Positions 52,908-63,957 of a stretch of DNA of 64,000 bases are shown here, one piece after another. This DNA is from Bacteroidota bacterium (GTDB lineage Bacteria > Bacteroidota > Bacteroidia > Cytophagales > Cyclobacteriaceae). The position numbers and the translations under genes were made by a program. A model generated the notes under the pieces. That model saw nothing but the letters and a program-made list of their open reading frames with translations, searched no databases and was not told the origin of the DNA. Position 1 is the first letter of the stretch. Each line of letters opens with the position of its first letter. The DNA lies in the NCBI GenBank assembly GCA_039198955.1, contig JBCCTI010000031.1, positions 2,046 through 66,045 on the forward strand, given 5' to 3'.

Positions 52908-54299
52908 ATGAAGCACAACCTACTTCTTTTGATCTTGCTGATAATAGTCGGCTCGGCGACGGCTTTGTTTTCTCAAAGTTCAGTTACTCGTCCCAATATT
53001 GTGATTATTTACGCCGATGACATGGGATACGGCGACGTAGGCTGCTACGGAGCCACCGACATCAAAACTCCCCACATGGATCAGATTGCCCGAAATGGCA
53101 TCAGATTTACTGAGTTCTACTCAGTCTCGCCCGTATGCAGTCCCTCCCGCTACGGATTAATGACCGGACGCTATCCGGCTCGAGATGGTATTCACGGGGT
53201 GTTCTTTCCCGAAAGCTGGACCGGCATGGATACTGCCGAAGTCACCATGGCTGACATGCTCAAAGAAGTGGGCTATGCTACCGGAGTAGTTGGCAAATGG
53301 CATCTGGGGCACAGACGCGAATATCTACCTTTACAGCGAGGCTTTGATTACTACTTTGGCATTCCGTACAGTAACGATATGGAAGCAGTGGTTTACCTAG
53401 AAGGAAATAAACTGGTGGAAGAAGATGTAGATCAGCGTTATACTACCCGAACCTATGCCGAAAAAGCCGTTCAATTTATTGATGATCATCAGGATGAACC
53501 ATTCTTTCTATATATGCCCCACTCCATGCCGCACGTACCATTGTACGTATCCGAAAAATTTGACGGTTCGTCCGAACGAGGTTTGTACGGTGACGTAATT
53601 CAGGAACTAGATTGGAGTGTAGGTGAGGTATTGAAGAAATTACAGGAGGTAGGCGTGGAAGAAAATACCATTGTGGTTATATCCAGCGACAACGGTCCCT
53701 GGCTTACTATGATTGATCACGGCGGCTCAGCGGGTCCACTGCGTTGCGGTAAGCAGACAACCTTTGAAGGAGGCATGCGCGTACCCTGCGTGATGCAATG
53801 GAAAGCCCAAGTAAAACCAGGACAAACCATTGATGGGATGCATAACATGATGGACTGGTTTCCTACCTTTGCCACAATTACCGGAGCTTCCTTACCGGCT
53901 GACCGACCCATTGACGGTGAAGATATTGCGCCCGTATTGCTGGAGGGGAAAGAACGACAGGGAGATCGATTTATGTACTACGCGAACCGCACTGGAGAAA
54001 TAGCGGCTTACCGCAAAGGCGATTGGAAACTTAAGCTCCCGATGGAACGACCCTACCAGGGGCGCTATACCTATCCCGGTGAAGAGTCCCATGGAATTCT
54101 ACTTTTTAATTTAGCCGAAGACCTGGGTGAGCAAAATAATTTGGCGGATCAACACCCTGAAAAAGTAGCGCAGATGCAGCAGGAAATCGAGCAATTTAAG
54201 CAAGAATTAGGCGAAACCCGGGAAACGCACCGATTCAAGCCAGCAGCAGATAAGAGCCATCATGAATATCTCAAGGAAAAATATGGTGGCAGCCAATGA
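52908..54299 (+). CDS. Formylglycine-dependent sulfatase
   Basis: PNIVIIYADDMGYGD, CSPSR (CxPxR), GKWHLG and SDNG. Confidence 0.92.
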   Translation: MKHNLLLLILLIIVGSATALFSQSSVTRPNIVIIYADDMGYGDVGCYGATDIKTPHMDQIARNGIRFTEFYSVSPVCSPSRYGLMTGRYPARDGIHGVFFPESWTGMDTAEVTMADMLKEVGYATGVVGKWHLGHRREYLPLQRGFDYYFGIPYSNDMEAVVYLEGNKLVEEDVDQRYTTRTYAEKAVQFIDDHQDEPFFLYMPHSMPHVPLYVSEKFDGSSERGLYGDVIQELDWSVGEVLKKLQEVGVEENTIVVISSDNGPWLTMIDHGGSAGPLRCGKQTTFEGGMRVPCVMQWKAQVKPGQTIDGMHNMMDWFPTFATITGASLPADRPIDGEDIAPVLLEGKERQGDRFMYYANRTGEIAAYRKGDWKLKLPMERPYQGRYTYPGEESHGILLFNLAEDLGEQNNLADQHPEKVAQMQQEIEQFKQELGETRETHRFKPAADKSHHEYLKEKYGGSQ

Positions 54300-55873
54300 T
54301 TATCCGCCTTACCTTTCTGTCTCTTTGGCTGGGCTTACTTGCTTGTCAAGAATTACCTACCCTGAAAGAAGATAACCGCCCCAACATCGTCATTATCATG
54401 GCAGATGATATGGGCTATGCTGACCTGGGTTGCTTTGGCTCGGAAATCAACACACCCAATATTGACCGATTAGCTAACAACGGTCTAATAATGACTCAGT
54501 TTTATAATGCGGGTCGGTGTTGCCCTACCCGGGCGTCTTTACTGACCGGATTATACCAGCATCAGGTAGGTATTGGGCACATGGTGGGCAATATGGGTCG
54601 TCCGGCCTATCAGGGCTATCTTAATAACCAGTGCGTTACTATCGCTGAGGTGCTTAAGGAGGCAGGCTATAGCACACTGATGACCGGGAAATGGCACGTA
54701 GGCAGTGCCCGAACGCAATGGCCTCACCGACGGGGTTTTGATCGATTCTACGGTGTTCCGCGGGGCGGTGGAATGTACTATTACCCTTTCATCCAGCGTG
54801 GAAGGCGGGATGTAGTACTGGACAGCACCGAAGTTAAGCCAGATAGTGTCAATTTTTATTCTACTATCGCGTTCAACGAGTACGCAGTGAAATTTTTGGA
54901 AGAACAACGCAATTCGCCTAATCCATTTTTTCTGTATGTTGCTCATATCGCCCCCCACTTTCCGCTGATGGCGCCTGACTCAGCGGTCGCTAAATATCGG
55001 GGAAAGTATCGGGCAGGTTTTGAGCAAATTCGGCGGCAGCGTTACCAGAAAGCCCAAGAGCTTGGAATTATTCCAGAAGGACTGAGGATGTCGCAACCTG
55101 ATAGCCTGGTGTGGCAGTGGGACAGGCTAACGCCCGCTCAGCAGGATACGATGGACTTAAAGATGGCGGTCTACGCCGCCCAGGTTGATATTATGGATCA
55201 GGGCATTGGTGACATAATCAACAAACTAGAAGACCTGGGAGAGTTAGATAATACCGTTATTATGTTTCTCTCCGACAATGGGGCTACCCGCGAGTATATC
55301 GACCAAAACCCTAGTCCGGCCGATACCGCTGCGATTGGCAGTCGGTTTAGTTGGACTTCTTACACTGCTTCCTGGGCTAATGCCAGCAATGTCCCGTTTC
55401 GACTCTACAAAAGTTGGGTACACGAAGGTGGTATCGCCACTCCGTTCATCATTCATTATCCTCAGCAAATTAAACAGCACCGCATCGATCGACAGGTTGG
55501 TCACATCATTGATCTGATGGCTACTTGTACCGACTTAGCCCAAACTGAATATCCGCGGCAGTATCAAAATCAAAAAATATTACCTACCGAAGGTATTAGT
55601 CTGGTTCCAATCATTCAGGGTGACTCAGTTAACCGTACCCAACCTTTATTCTGGGAGCATATAGGTAATCGAGCTATTCGGGACAGCGATTGGAAACTAG
55701 CTGCTCCCGGCCCTAACCAAGACTGGGAACTATACAATATAGTTACCGACCGTTCTGAAACCCAAAACCTGGCTGGCCAATATCCTGAAAAAGCCACAGA
55801 ACTAGCCCAAAAATGGCAAAATTGGGCAGACCGAGTAGGAGTAGTTGCCTGGGAAGAATTGACTAGTCATTAA
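54296..55873 (+). CDS. Formylglycine-dependent arylsulfatase (lipoprotein)
   Basis: LLAC lipobox, PNIVIIMADDMG, CCPTR, GKWHVG and HEGGIATP; ATGA overlap. Confidence 0.92.
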   Translation: MIIRLTFLSLWLGLLACQELPTLKEDNRPNIVIIMADDMGYADLGCFGSEINTPNIDRLANNGLIMTQFYNAGRCCPTRASLLTGLYQHQVGIGHMVGNMGRPAYQGYLNNQCVTIAEVLKEAGYSTLMTGKWHVGSARTQWPHRRGFDRFYGVPRGGGMYYYPFIQRGRRDVVLDSTEVKPDSVNFYSTIAFNEYAVKFLEEQRNSPNPFFLYVAHIAPHFPLMAPDSAVAKYRGKYRAGFEQIRRQRYQKAQELGIIPEGLRMSQPDSLVWQWDRLTPAQQDTMDLKMAVYAAQVDIMDQGIGDIINKLEDLGELDNTVIMFLSDNGATREYIDQNPSPADTAAIGSRFSWTSYTASWANASNVPFRLYKSWVHEGGIATPFIIHYPQQIKQHRIDRQVGHIIDLMATCTDLAQTEYPRQYQNQKILPTEGISLVPIIQGDSVNRTQPLFWEHIGNRAIRDSDWKLAAPGPNQDWELYNIVTDRSETQNLAGQYPEKATELAQKWQNWADRVGVVAWEELTSH

Positions 55874-55925
55874 AATATCAGGTGTAATGAAATTAAAGAG
55901 AACCAGCTTCAACGATTAGTTCATT

Positions 55926-56393
55926 ATGTGTTTTAGAGTTACGTCGTTGGTACTGATTATTGTTAGCTTGAATTGCTGCGAAAGTAGGCGAGATTTTGAC
56001 CGCAAACTTTGGCTTAAATATAGTAATCCTAGTGGCTTGAGTAATCCGAGAGTATCCATGGTAGATGATCTAATGCAGAACTATTTGAAACCAGGTTTAA
56101 CTAGAGACTCAATAATTTCCTTATTAGGTGAGCCACAGGTAGACGGAGTAGAACAACGGCTTCCTAAAGGATTCGTTGAGCCAGATTCCATTACTTTTCA
56201 GAGTGACTCTTCCTCCAACCCTGGATATTCCGAAAGGTGGAATCAGCGGGTTAATCAGTATTTTGTCGCCCATGCCCAACCCGACACGCTTATGTCGTAT
56301 TTCGTAGGATGGTCTACCATGGATCATATGTATTTAGTTGTAAAACTTAACCCCGATAGCGTAGCTTATGATTATTGGGTAGAGCAGCACTAG
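55926..56393 (+). CDS. Hypothetical exported protein or lipoprotein
   Basis: Hydrophobic N-terminus with Cys; FD...W...R..MVDDL...L..G.T...I..LLGEP. Confidence 0.6.
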   Translation: MCFRVTSLVLIIVSLNCCESRRDFDRKLWLKYSNPSGLSNPRVSMVDDLMQNYLKPGLTRDSIISLLGEPQVDGVEQRLPKGFVEPDSITFQSDSSSNPGYSERWNQRVNQYFVAHAQPDTLMSYFVGWSTMDHMYLVVKLNPDSVAYDYWVEQH

Positions 56394-56556
56394 AAAACCA
56401 GTTAGTCTTCGCGCGAAACATGGGATTTTAAAGTTTAGATATACTCTCGTTCCAAGAACTTAAACCAAGGGAAGCAAGATCATTAATGATAAAATAGACT
56501 CCATCGGCTGATAATCATTTTTATATCTTCTGAGCATACCAGGATATCGAGGGTTC

Positions 56557-56598
56557 TGACAATCTGTCATAGCACTATGGCTTGGCATACCCATTGAT
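56557..56598 (+). promoter_or_regulatory. dnaK upstream: TGACA-N3-TGTCA palindrome plus sigma54-like TGGCA-N6-TTGA
   Basis: TGACAATCTGTCA at 56557-56569 and TGGCATACCCATTGAT at 56583-56598. Confidence 0.5.
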
Positions 56599-56644
56599 AA
56601 CGTAAGATTGATAACTTAGAACTCCAACTTTATAAAATATATTT

Positions 56645-58588
56645 ATGGGAAAAGTAATAGGAATAGATTTAGGAACAACCAACTCCTGCGTAGCAGTGAT
56701 GGAGGGCAATGAGCCCGTCGTCATTCCCAACAGTGAGGGTGGTAGGACGACTCCTTCCATCGTAGCCTTCCTGGATAACGGAAACGGCGAGCGAAAGGTA
56801 GGAAGTCCGGCAAAACGACAAGCAATTACGAATCCGCAGAACACCATCAGCTCGGTAAAGCGGTTTATGGGTAAAAAGCACTCCGAAGTCTCCGAAGAGA
56901 TGAAGAATGTCTCTTACCAGATAGAGAAAGGAAATAACGATACAGTACGGGTGAAGATTGGCGACCGCGTGTATACCCCACAGGAACTTTCGGCCATGAT
57001 TCTGCAAAAAATGAAGTCTACTGCCGAAGACTATCTCGGAACTACCGTGACCGAGGCAGTAGTAACTGTTCCTGCTTACTTCAACGATGCTGAACGTCAG
57101 GCTACTAAGGAAGCTGGACAAATTGCTGGGTTAGAGGTAAAACGGATCATTAACGAGCCTACTGCTGCAGCACTGGCGTATGGTTTAGATAAAAAGAATC
57201 AGGATCTTACCATTGCCGTGTACGACTTAGGAGGAGGAACCTTTGATATCTCGGTTCTCGAACTGGGTGATGGCGTATTTGAGGTAAAATCTACCAACGG
57301 TGATGTGCACCTAGGTGGTGATGACTTTGATGCCCGCATTATTAACTGGTTAGCCGACGAGTTTGAAAAAGAAAATAGCATTGACCTGCGGAAAGATCCG
57401 ATGGCGTTGCAACGCTTAAAGGAGGCTGCTGAGAAAGCTAAGATTGAGTTGTCAAGTGCTACTAGCACCGAGATCAATCTGCCCTACATTATGCCAGTAG
57501 ATGGTATCCCCAAGCACTTGGTACGGAGCCTGAGCCGATCTAAGTTTGAGCAGTTAGTTGATGACTTAGTACAGCGAACCCTGGAGCCTTGCCGACAGGC
57601 TATTAAGGATGCTGGAATTTCCGCTTCTGAGATCAATGAAGTGATTCTGGTAGGGGGTTCTACTCGAATTCCCAAGATTCAGGAAGAGGTAGAGAAGTTC
57701 TTCGGTAAGAAGCCCTCCAAAGGGGTAAACCCTGATGAAGTTGTAGCTCTTGGGGCAGCTATCCAAGGTGGAGTATTCAGTGGTGATGTGAAAGACGTAC
57801 TACTGTTAGATGTAACTCCGCTATCATTAGGAATTGAAACCATGGGTAGCGTATTCACTAAGCTGATTGAATCCAATACTACAATCCCTACCAAAAAGTC
57901 GGAAACATTCTCGACTGCTTCGGACAACCAGCCTTCGGTAGAGATTCACGTACTACAGGGTGAGCGGCCTATGGCTAAGGATAACCGAACCATCGGACGT
58001 TTTCACTTAGACGGAATTCCACCGGCACCCCGGGGTGTGCCTCAGGTTGAGGTAACCTTCGATATAGATGCTAACGGTATCATGAACGTATCAGCCAAAG
58101 ATAAAGGCACTGGTAAAGAACAGAAAATCCGTATTGAGGCTTCCTCGGGACTTACCGACGAGGAAATCGAAAAGATGCGTAAGGAAGCTGAGGCCAACGC
58201 TGAAACCGATAAGCAAGAGCGTGAGAAGATTGAAAAAATCAATGCTGCTGATTCGCTGGTCTTCCAAACAGAAAAGCAACTCAAGGAATTTGGTGATAAG
58301 TTGTCGGAAGGTAACAAGAAACCTATCGAAGATGCGCTTGCTGAGTTGAAAACAGCTCATCAGTCTCAAGATGTGAATGCTATTGATGCCGCTATGGAGA
58401 AGCTAAATGCCGCTTGGCAAAATGCTTCTCAGGAGATGTATCAGGCAGCTGGTGCTGACGCCTCCGGAGCTGGTGCCGACCCTACTGCTGGTGCCACTAA
58501 CGGCGAACAGGCCAGTGCCGAGAGTTCAGACGATGCTGATGTTTCTGACGTAGAGTATGAAGAAGTGGACGATAAGGACAAGCAATAA
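56645..58588 (+). CDS. dnaK: Chaperone DnaK (Hsp70)
   Basis: [33 protein letters not shown] and DVTPLSLG. Confidence 0.99.
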   Translation: MGKVIGIDLGTTNSCVAVMEGNEPVVIPNSEGGRTTPSIVAFLDNGNGERKVGSPAKRQAITNPQNTISSVKRFMGKKHSEVSEEMKNVSYQIEKGNNDTVRVKIGDRVYTPQELSAMILQKMKSTAEDYLGTTVTEAVVTVPAYFNDAERQATKEAGQIAGLEVKRIINEPTAAALAYGLDKKNQDLTIAVYDLGGGTFDISVLELGDGVFEVKSTNGDVHLGGDDFDARIINWLADEFEKENSIDLRKDPMALQRLKEAAEKAKIELSSATSTEINLPYIMPVDGIPKHLVRSLSRSKFEQLVDDLVQRTLEPCRQAIKDAGISASEINEVILVGGSTRIPKIQEEVEKFFGKKPSKGVNPDEVVALGAAIQGGVFSGDVKDVLLLDVTPLSLGIETMGSVFTKLIESNTTIPTKKSETFSTASDNQPSVEIHVLQGERPMAKDNRTIGRFHLDGIPPAPRGVPQVEVTFDIDANGIMNVSAKDKGTGKEQKIRIEASSGLTDEEIEKMRKEAEANAETDKQEREKIEKINAADSLVFQTEKQLKEFGDKLSEGNKKPIEDALAELKTAHQSQDVNAIDAAMEKLNAAWQNASQEMYQAAGADASGAGADPTAGATNGEQASAESSDDADVSDVEYEEVDDKDKQ

Positions 58589-58619
58589 CGGTCTTCCCCT
58601 TATTCTTACCTCAGACTTT

Positions 58620-58643
58620 AAAGCCCCAATTGGGGCTTTTTTT
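58620..58643 (+). terminator. Rho-independent terminator
   Basis: AAAGCCCCAATTGGGGCTTT palindrome plus T-run. Confidence 0.85.
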
Positions 58644-59189
58644 ATTACTATTTTTCCCAGCTTATCTACTAACATAGTATTTCTTACATATCAACCATCG
58701 ATGAAATATCACCAGAGGTTTTGTAAAATTATTTCCTCTCTAGGCCTGTATTTAGCTGATTTACCCCTTCCTGAGCTTTACAATTATTTCATTCTCCGTC
58801 ATTTTATTGCCATGTAATGAAATAGGTTATTTACACCATTTTTTTTACCTGCCATTACATAGGTTTATCATAAGGATATGAGTGAAACTATCTACCAGAA
58901 ATAATTATATCTCAGTCAGTAAAATTGAAATAAGTTGCCTGATTCGTACAAAATAGTATGAGTCCATTCATTATCCACTAGTGCTAGTACAAGAGTAATA
59001 GATTGAGCAAGGCGAGCGAATAATTACGTAAGGAAAATAGATTTTCAACTGAGAATAAGTAACAGCAGCTTAACTAATATACATATTTCCTCTTTTTCTA
59101 ACATAGGTATAATACGAAACCTGCTATCAGTATAGCTATTTGAAGCTAACTTGAGCGTTAAATAGCTGTGATAGAAAGTACGTGACATT

Positions 59190-61682
59190 ATGAATACGAT
59201 TTTAACTACTATAACGGGCCTGCTCAGTGTCATTGGGATTACCCCCTACGATTACTGCTATTTTTCGCAGCCCGCTACACATTGGCTACAAACCCTACCC
59301 GACGGACTGATCAACACCGTATACTCGATTATTCCGTTTACTATCTTTTTACTTGTAGGGAAACGCCAGAGTACCCAGAGTACCAAAGCGGTGCTTTACT
59401 TATTTCTACTTTTTTCTTTGTCTAATGGGTTTATTCTACTCACTGAGATATACGCAATTTGGTATCCAACTTATCAGGTTCCTTCTTGGGTTAAAATACT
59501 TAACATTTCTGTTCTCTTCGCTACTACCTTGGGGCTGTGGCCTCACATCGTTCGGCTACTGAGAGGGACTTCTACCATCATTTCATCCCAAGTCGGTGAT
59601 GAGAGTGAAACCACCCGAGAGCGTGAGTTACAATTGCGGGAAGATAATCTGGAAGAACTGGTAAATAACCGCACTAAGGACTTAGAAAACACCTTACTTC
59701 AACTTAAGCATGAAGCCCGCGACCGACAAAGGGCACAGGATCAAGTGAAGTTCCAAACCTCCTTGCTCGATCAGGTAGATAGCAGCATCATTGCAACTGA
59801 TACTCATCGAAAAATTGTGTATTGGAACCACCATGCTGAACAATTATTTGGCTGGACAAAAGAAGAAGCCTTAGGTAGGAAAACGTCAGAATTATTCAAA
59901 GATAAACAAGCTGCTAACGAGACCTACTACCGTGAACTTATCCAAAACAATCACTGGGAGGGCGAAATTATGATGCGGCACCGTAGCAATAAAATGTTTC
60001 CGGTTTATACCAGTGCCGCGGCCCTAACGAATGAAAACGGCGACCCTATTGGCTATTCAATGGTCTGCTTTGATATGACCAATCAGGCTAAGCAAGCCAG
60101 TCGGTTGCGCCGCGATAAAGAGAAAGCCGAACGGGCGGCCTTGGCCAAACAGGACTTCTTATCTACTATGAGCCACGAAATACGTACCCCCTTAAATGTG
60201 GTGGTAAATATGGCTCGGCTACTCATGGACGAAAGCCCTCGGGCCGACCAGCTAGAATACATGAAAAGCCTGCAATTTTCGGCTAATCACCTGCTAGTTA
60301 TTATCAACGATATATTAGATTTTGCTAAAATTGAGGCTGGTAAGATCAAGCTGGAAGAAATCAGTTTCAGTCCGAGGGAGGTGGCCGAAGGTATTACCAA
60401 AGCCTTCCAGTTTCGGGCCAAAGAAAAGAATATTAGCCTCCGTCTGGATTGGGGCTCTAACATTCCCGAATATATATTAGGCGACGAAGTACGTCTTACT
60501 CAGATTCTCAATAACCTGGTTGGAAACGCTATTAAGTTCACCGAAAAAGGATTTGTGTCAGTACATACCGAGCTTCTGAGTAAGCAGCATGATAAGTACA
60601 AAATCAGATTTGAGGTACGGGATACCGGAATCGGTATTCCGGCGGACCGAATGAAGTCGATCTTTCAGGATTATACCCAGGGAGGTGATGATACTACCCG
60701 CAGGTTTGGTGGAACCGGGCTGGGGTTAACCATCTGCAAGCGGCTGATTGATATGCAGAATGGCAAACTGTCTGTTCGTAGTAAAGAAGGCTGGGGTAGT
60801 AACTTTAGCTTTGTGCTTACCTACCAACACGACGCTAAATCTGGATCGTTGGCATCGGCCTCAGCCAAAGAAAGAATTGATACGAGTAAGCTGAGCGGTA
60901 AGAAACTCTTATTAGTAGAAGACAATCCATCGAACCGAATGGTTGCCACTAGCTTTCTGGAGAAAGTAGGCATCCGGGTATCCACGGCAGAAAATGGAAA
61001 GCAGGCCATAGACAGAGTGCAACAAGAACCGTTTGATATTGTGCTAATGGATCTTCAGATGCCTGTTATGAATGGCTGTGAAGCCTCTCAGGCGATTCGG
61101 AATTTAGGTGAGGATTATCAGAAGCTACCCATTATCGCCCTCACGGCTGACGTGGTGCAAGGAGTAAAAGACCGGGTTCGTGAATGTGGCATGAGTGATT
61201 ATTTACCCAAGCCTTTTAATCCCGATGAACTACACTATAAAATCGCTCTCAATCTTGGCCTAATTTCCCCTCAGGAAGCAGACTTTGCCACAGCCGAAGA
61301 GAAGAGCGATATAATGCAGTTACATCGACTAATTGATCAGTACAACGATGACGTTAAGTTTGTAACGAACTTACTAGATTCCCTGCGCCAAAGTTTTCAG
61401 TTGCTTACTGAGCAGGTAGCTAGTTCAGCCGATCAGAAGGATGTGTATGAGTTGCGCCGTCTGACCCATAAGTTACTGCCTTCTATCAAAATGGTCGGTA
61501 ATCATGAGTTGCACACCCACCTCGATGGGTTAAAAGAGGCTCTCGCCGACGACAAAATTGACGAGGCTGAGGTTGCCCAATTGATTAAAAAGGTTCAGAA
61601 CTCGTCTACCAAGTCTATCAACTACATAGATGAGTTGGTTACTAACATGAAAGAACACAGAGGGCAGCTTACTTCTTCCTAA
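59190..61682 (+). CDS. Hybrid sensor kinase: degenerate ethylene-binding-like TM domain, PAS, HisKA, HATPase, REC and Hpt-like tail
   Basis: FLSTMSHEIRTPL, NLVGNAIKFT, DTGIG, GGTGLGL, LLVEDN, MDLQMP, KPF and L.HKL.PS. Confidence 0.9.
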   Translation: MNTILTTITGLLSVIGITPYDYCYFSQPATHWLQTLPDGLINTVYSIIPFTIFLLVGKRQSTQSTKAVLYLFLLFSLSNGFILLTEIYAIWYPTYQVPSWVKILNISVLFATTLGLWPHIVRLLRGTSTIISSQVGDESETTRERELQLREDNLEELVNNRTKDLENTLLQLKHEARDRQRAQDQVKFQTSLLDQVDSSIIATDTHRKIVYWNHHAEQLFGWTKEEALGRKTSELFKDKQAANETYYRELIQNNHWEGEIMMRHRSNKMFPVYTSAAALTNENGDPIGYSMVCFDMTNQAKQASRLRRDKEKAERAALAKQDFLSTMSHEIRTPLNVVVNMARLLMDESPRADQLEYMKSLQFSANHLLVIINDILDFAKIEAGKIKLEEISFSPREVAEGITKAFQFRAKEKNISLRLDWGSNIPEYILGDEVRLTQILNNLVGNAIKFTEKGFVSVHTELLSKQHDKYKIRFEVRDTGIGIPADRMKSIFQDYTQGGDDTTRRFGGTGLGLTICKRLIDMQNGKLSVRSKEGWGSNFSFVLTYQHDAKSGSLASASAKERIDTSKLSGKKLLLVEDNPSNRMVATSFLEKVGIRVSTAENGKQAIDRVQQEPFDIVLMDLQMPVMNGCEASQAIRNLGEDYQKLPIIALTADVVQGVKDRVRECGMSDYLPKPFNPDELHYKIALNLGLISPQEADFATAEEKSDIMQLHRLIDQYNDDVKFVTNLLDSLRQSFQLLTEQVASSADQKDVYELRRLTHKLLPSIKMVGNHELHTHLDGLKEALADDKIDEAEVAQLIKKVQNSSTKSINYIDELVTNMKEHRGQLTSS

Positions 61683-61749
61683 AAAACCTTCTACGCCTAG
61701 GTTCTTGCTTTAGTAGTATTTTCGTAGATTAGCGAAAATCACTACACCT

Positions 61750-62565
61750 ATGAACCGAATTCTTGCCTTTTTACTAACTCCCTTTTTGTTTATTGCTTGC
61801 CAGCCGCAACAAACCACCGAAGAACAAGTCGCTGAGATAGATGGTGCCAGTCTGGCCTATCCTAACCCTCCTGCTGAGGGTTTTAATGAAGCCGCCTCCG
61901 ATGAAAAAGCCATTGCGATTGCCGACAGTGTAATGCAGGCCATGGGAGGCCGCCAAGCTTGGGATACTACCCAATACGTAAGTTGGAATTTCTTCGGGGC
62001 TCGAACGTTGCTTTGGGACAAACAGTCGGGCGACGTGCGGATTGAAGTACCCCGCGATTCGGCTATCTACTTAATCAATGTGAATTCTGATCAGGGGAAA
62101 GTAGCAATGGGTGGGGAAGAGATCACTGATACTGATTCTTTATCAAAATATGTAGAGCGGGGAAAGAGTATCTGGATAAATGATAGCTACTGGTTATTTA
62201 TGCCCTTTAAGCTGAAAGACTCGGGCGTGACGCTGACGTATGCCGGGGAAGATACTATTCAGGGAGGCGCGTCCGCCGAGGTGCTCGAATTACGCTTTGA
62301 AGGCGTAGGTGTTACTCCGCAGAATAAGTATCGGGTGTACGTAGACCCCAACGACTATATGGTAGAGCAGTGGGCTTACTATCCTGAAGCCGAAATGGAT
62401 ACTCCCCGTTTCATCACTCCCTGGGCTGAATACGAAAAATACGGAGCACTCATGCTATCGGGCGACCGGGGACAACGAGATATTACCGACATTGAAGTGA
62501 TGGAAGCTGTACCAGAAGGCACGTTCTCCAGTATCGAAGAATTTCAGTTATTAAAATCATCCTGA
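61750..62565 (+). CDS. Conserved hypothetical lipoprotein
   Basis: FIAC lipobox; AD.VM.AMGG..AW, WINDSYWL.MPFKL and GVTPQNKY.VYV. Confidence 0.7.
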   Translation: MNRILAFLLTPFLFIACQPQQTTEEQVAEIDGASLAYPNPPAEGFNEAASDEKAIAIADSVMQAMGGRQAWDTTQYVSWNFFGARTLLWDKQSGDVRIEVPRDSAIYLINVNSDQGKVAMGGEEITDTDSLSKYVERGKSIWINDSYWLFMPFKLKDSGVTLTYAGEDTIQGGASAEVLELRFEGVGVTPQNKYRVYVDPNDYMVEQWAYYPEAEMDTPRFITPWAEYEKYGALMLSGDRGQRDITDIEVMEAVPEGTFSSIEEFQLLKSS

Positions 62566-63845
62566 AATACTACTTCTTGGTCTTTGTCCAGTAGACGAAC
62601 GTAATCTACTGAACCCGTACCTTGAAATCGGTACCGGATTCCGGCTACTTTTCCGGCATCCTCTTCAAGAGTAGTCTGAAAAATTAGCTGCTCATTGCGG
62701 TATACCGACAGTTGTTGTTGCTTAACTGTTAGGCGGATATGCTGCCATTCGGAAAGATTGCAGCCAAAAGCTGATAAATCCGCCCTCTGTCCCTCAAGAT
62801 ACTGTTCGCTGGCAGCTAAGTAGATTTTTCCCACACAACCAGGGATTGACCAAGGAATAGCGATACGCCCCTTTGAGCAAAGTACTGATACCTGGCTCTC
62901 TTGGCATACGGCTTCTCCCTCGCTGTAATCACTTCTGATAGCGGTTTCTAACGTAAAGTTACCGGAAGAGATTTCACCAAAGTCTTGTACATTATAGTAC
63001 GCTAACCCAGGTGCCGATTCTCCATTTAAAAAACCTAGCTGCTGTAATCGTTCGGGAGAGACCGTAAGCGTACCGTTTTGCTGGATTTTTTCATCTAAAT
63101 AATGTGGAATGGATTCATCCTCTACTAGAGCTAACCACCCATCGGAGGTGACGTATACATCGTGCTCTTTCACTACCTGCTCTTCTACCAGCAGCTTGGC
63201 TCGGAAGTAGCCTGGGTAGTAGTAAGTAGTGGTGAAAACCTTGTTATCCTTATCCACCTCTTGGCGCAATCGCGAATCCCACGACTGTTGTATTTCTATC
63301 TGATCATAAGGAAGTTTGGATACATCGTAGTGAAAAATTACCGTATTCGGTAGTCCTTCCGTAACTGGCTCACTGGAAAATGTGACTTGCGAAGTATCCA
63401 TCTCTAGCGGGCGATTAACCCAACGGTTAAATCCAAGAATTAGCAGTACCAATACCGGAATTAGTAGTAAGAGAGCTAGTTTTTTACTGACAGCCGGAGA
63501 TGTCGCTTTTTGCCTCGAAAGTTCTTTTTCAGTAGTATGAGAGACGTAAGATTGGCTTCCCACAAAGTCACGCCAGTGCTCATAGTCAGCAAACTGAGCT
63601 AAAGCATTCAGAGTATTAGTGGTGGGCTGGCTTTGGTAGTTTACTTTACCCCATAACCGCTTCAGGGTAGTAGCACTCAGTTTGGTTTGGGTTTTCTGCC
63701 AGATCCGTTCACTCAATTGCTCAAAGTCCTGGTGCGTCCATTCCTGGCTATTACCCCAGGCTACCTCATTCTCAATGATTTGCTTGAGAAGCTCTATATA
63801 GGTTGTTTCTTTGTTAGTCGCCTCCATGATGCTTGGCTGTACCAC
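62544..63845 (-). CDS. Predicted bitopic protein with an N-terminal HTH-like region and a periplasmic beta-sandwich region (start may be 63827)
   Basis: W...DF..LS..I...T...LS.TTLKRLWG...Y...TLN.LAQF..Y..W.DF; single TM; Y.YPG.F.AKL. Confidence 0.65.
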   Translation of the reverse strand: MVQPSIMEATNKETTYIELLKQIIENEVAWGNSQEWTHQDFEQLSERIWQKTQTKLSATTLKRLWGKVNYQSQPTTNTLNALAQFADYEHWRDFVGSQSYVSHTTEKELSRQKATSPAVSKKLALLLLIPVLVLLILGFNRWVNRPLEMDTSQVTFSSEPVTEGLPNTVIFHYDVSKLPYDQIEIQQSWDSRLRQEVDKDNKVFTTTYYYPGYFRAKLLVEEQVVKEHDVYVTSDGWLALVEDESIPHYLDEKIQQNGTLTVSPERLQQLGFLNGESAPGLAYYNVQDFGEISSGNFTLETAIRSDYSEGEAVCQESQVSVLCSKGRIAIPWSIPGCVGKIYLAASEQYLEGQRADLSAFGCNLSEWQHIRLTVKQQQLSVYRNEQLIFQTTLEEDAGKVAGIRYRFQGTGSVDYVRLLDKDQEVVFQDDFNN

Positions 63846-63933
63846 GAAGATAACGACTTTTTGTCTATTCTGTGATAAAGATGCAAGGCTTGTTCATAAA
63901 AAAGGGAAAGAATGAAAAGTGCGCGGAGAATGA

Positions 63934-63941
63934 TAATTTTG
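63934..63941 (+). promoter_or_regulatory. -7 element TAATTTTG
   Basis: Exact TAnnTTTG 16 nt before an ATG at 63958. Confidence 0.45.
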
Positions 63942-63957
63942 AAGTGAACTAAACAAC

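Noticed and set aside
56575-58369. Several antisense or alternative-frame ORFs over dnaK
   Set aside because: These are typical shadow ORFs of a highly biased gene, with no family motifs or start context.
58644-59189. 550-bp AT-rich gap upstream of the hybrid kinase
   Set aside because: I found no convincing hairpin, repeat or coding signal; treated as an ordinary regulatory region.
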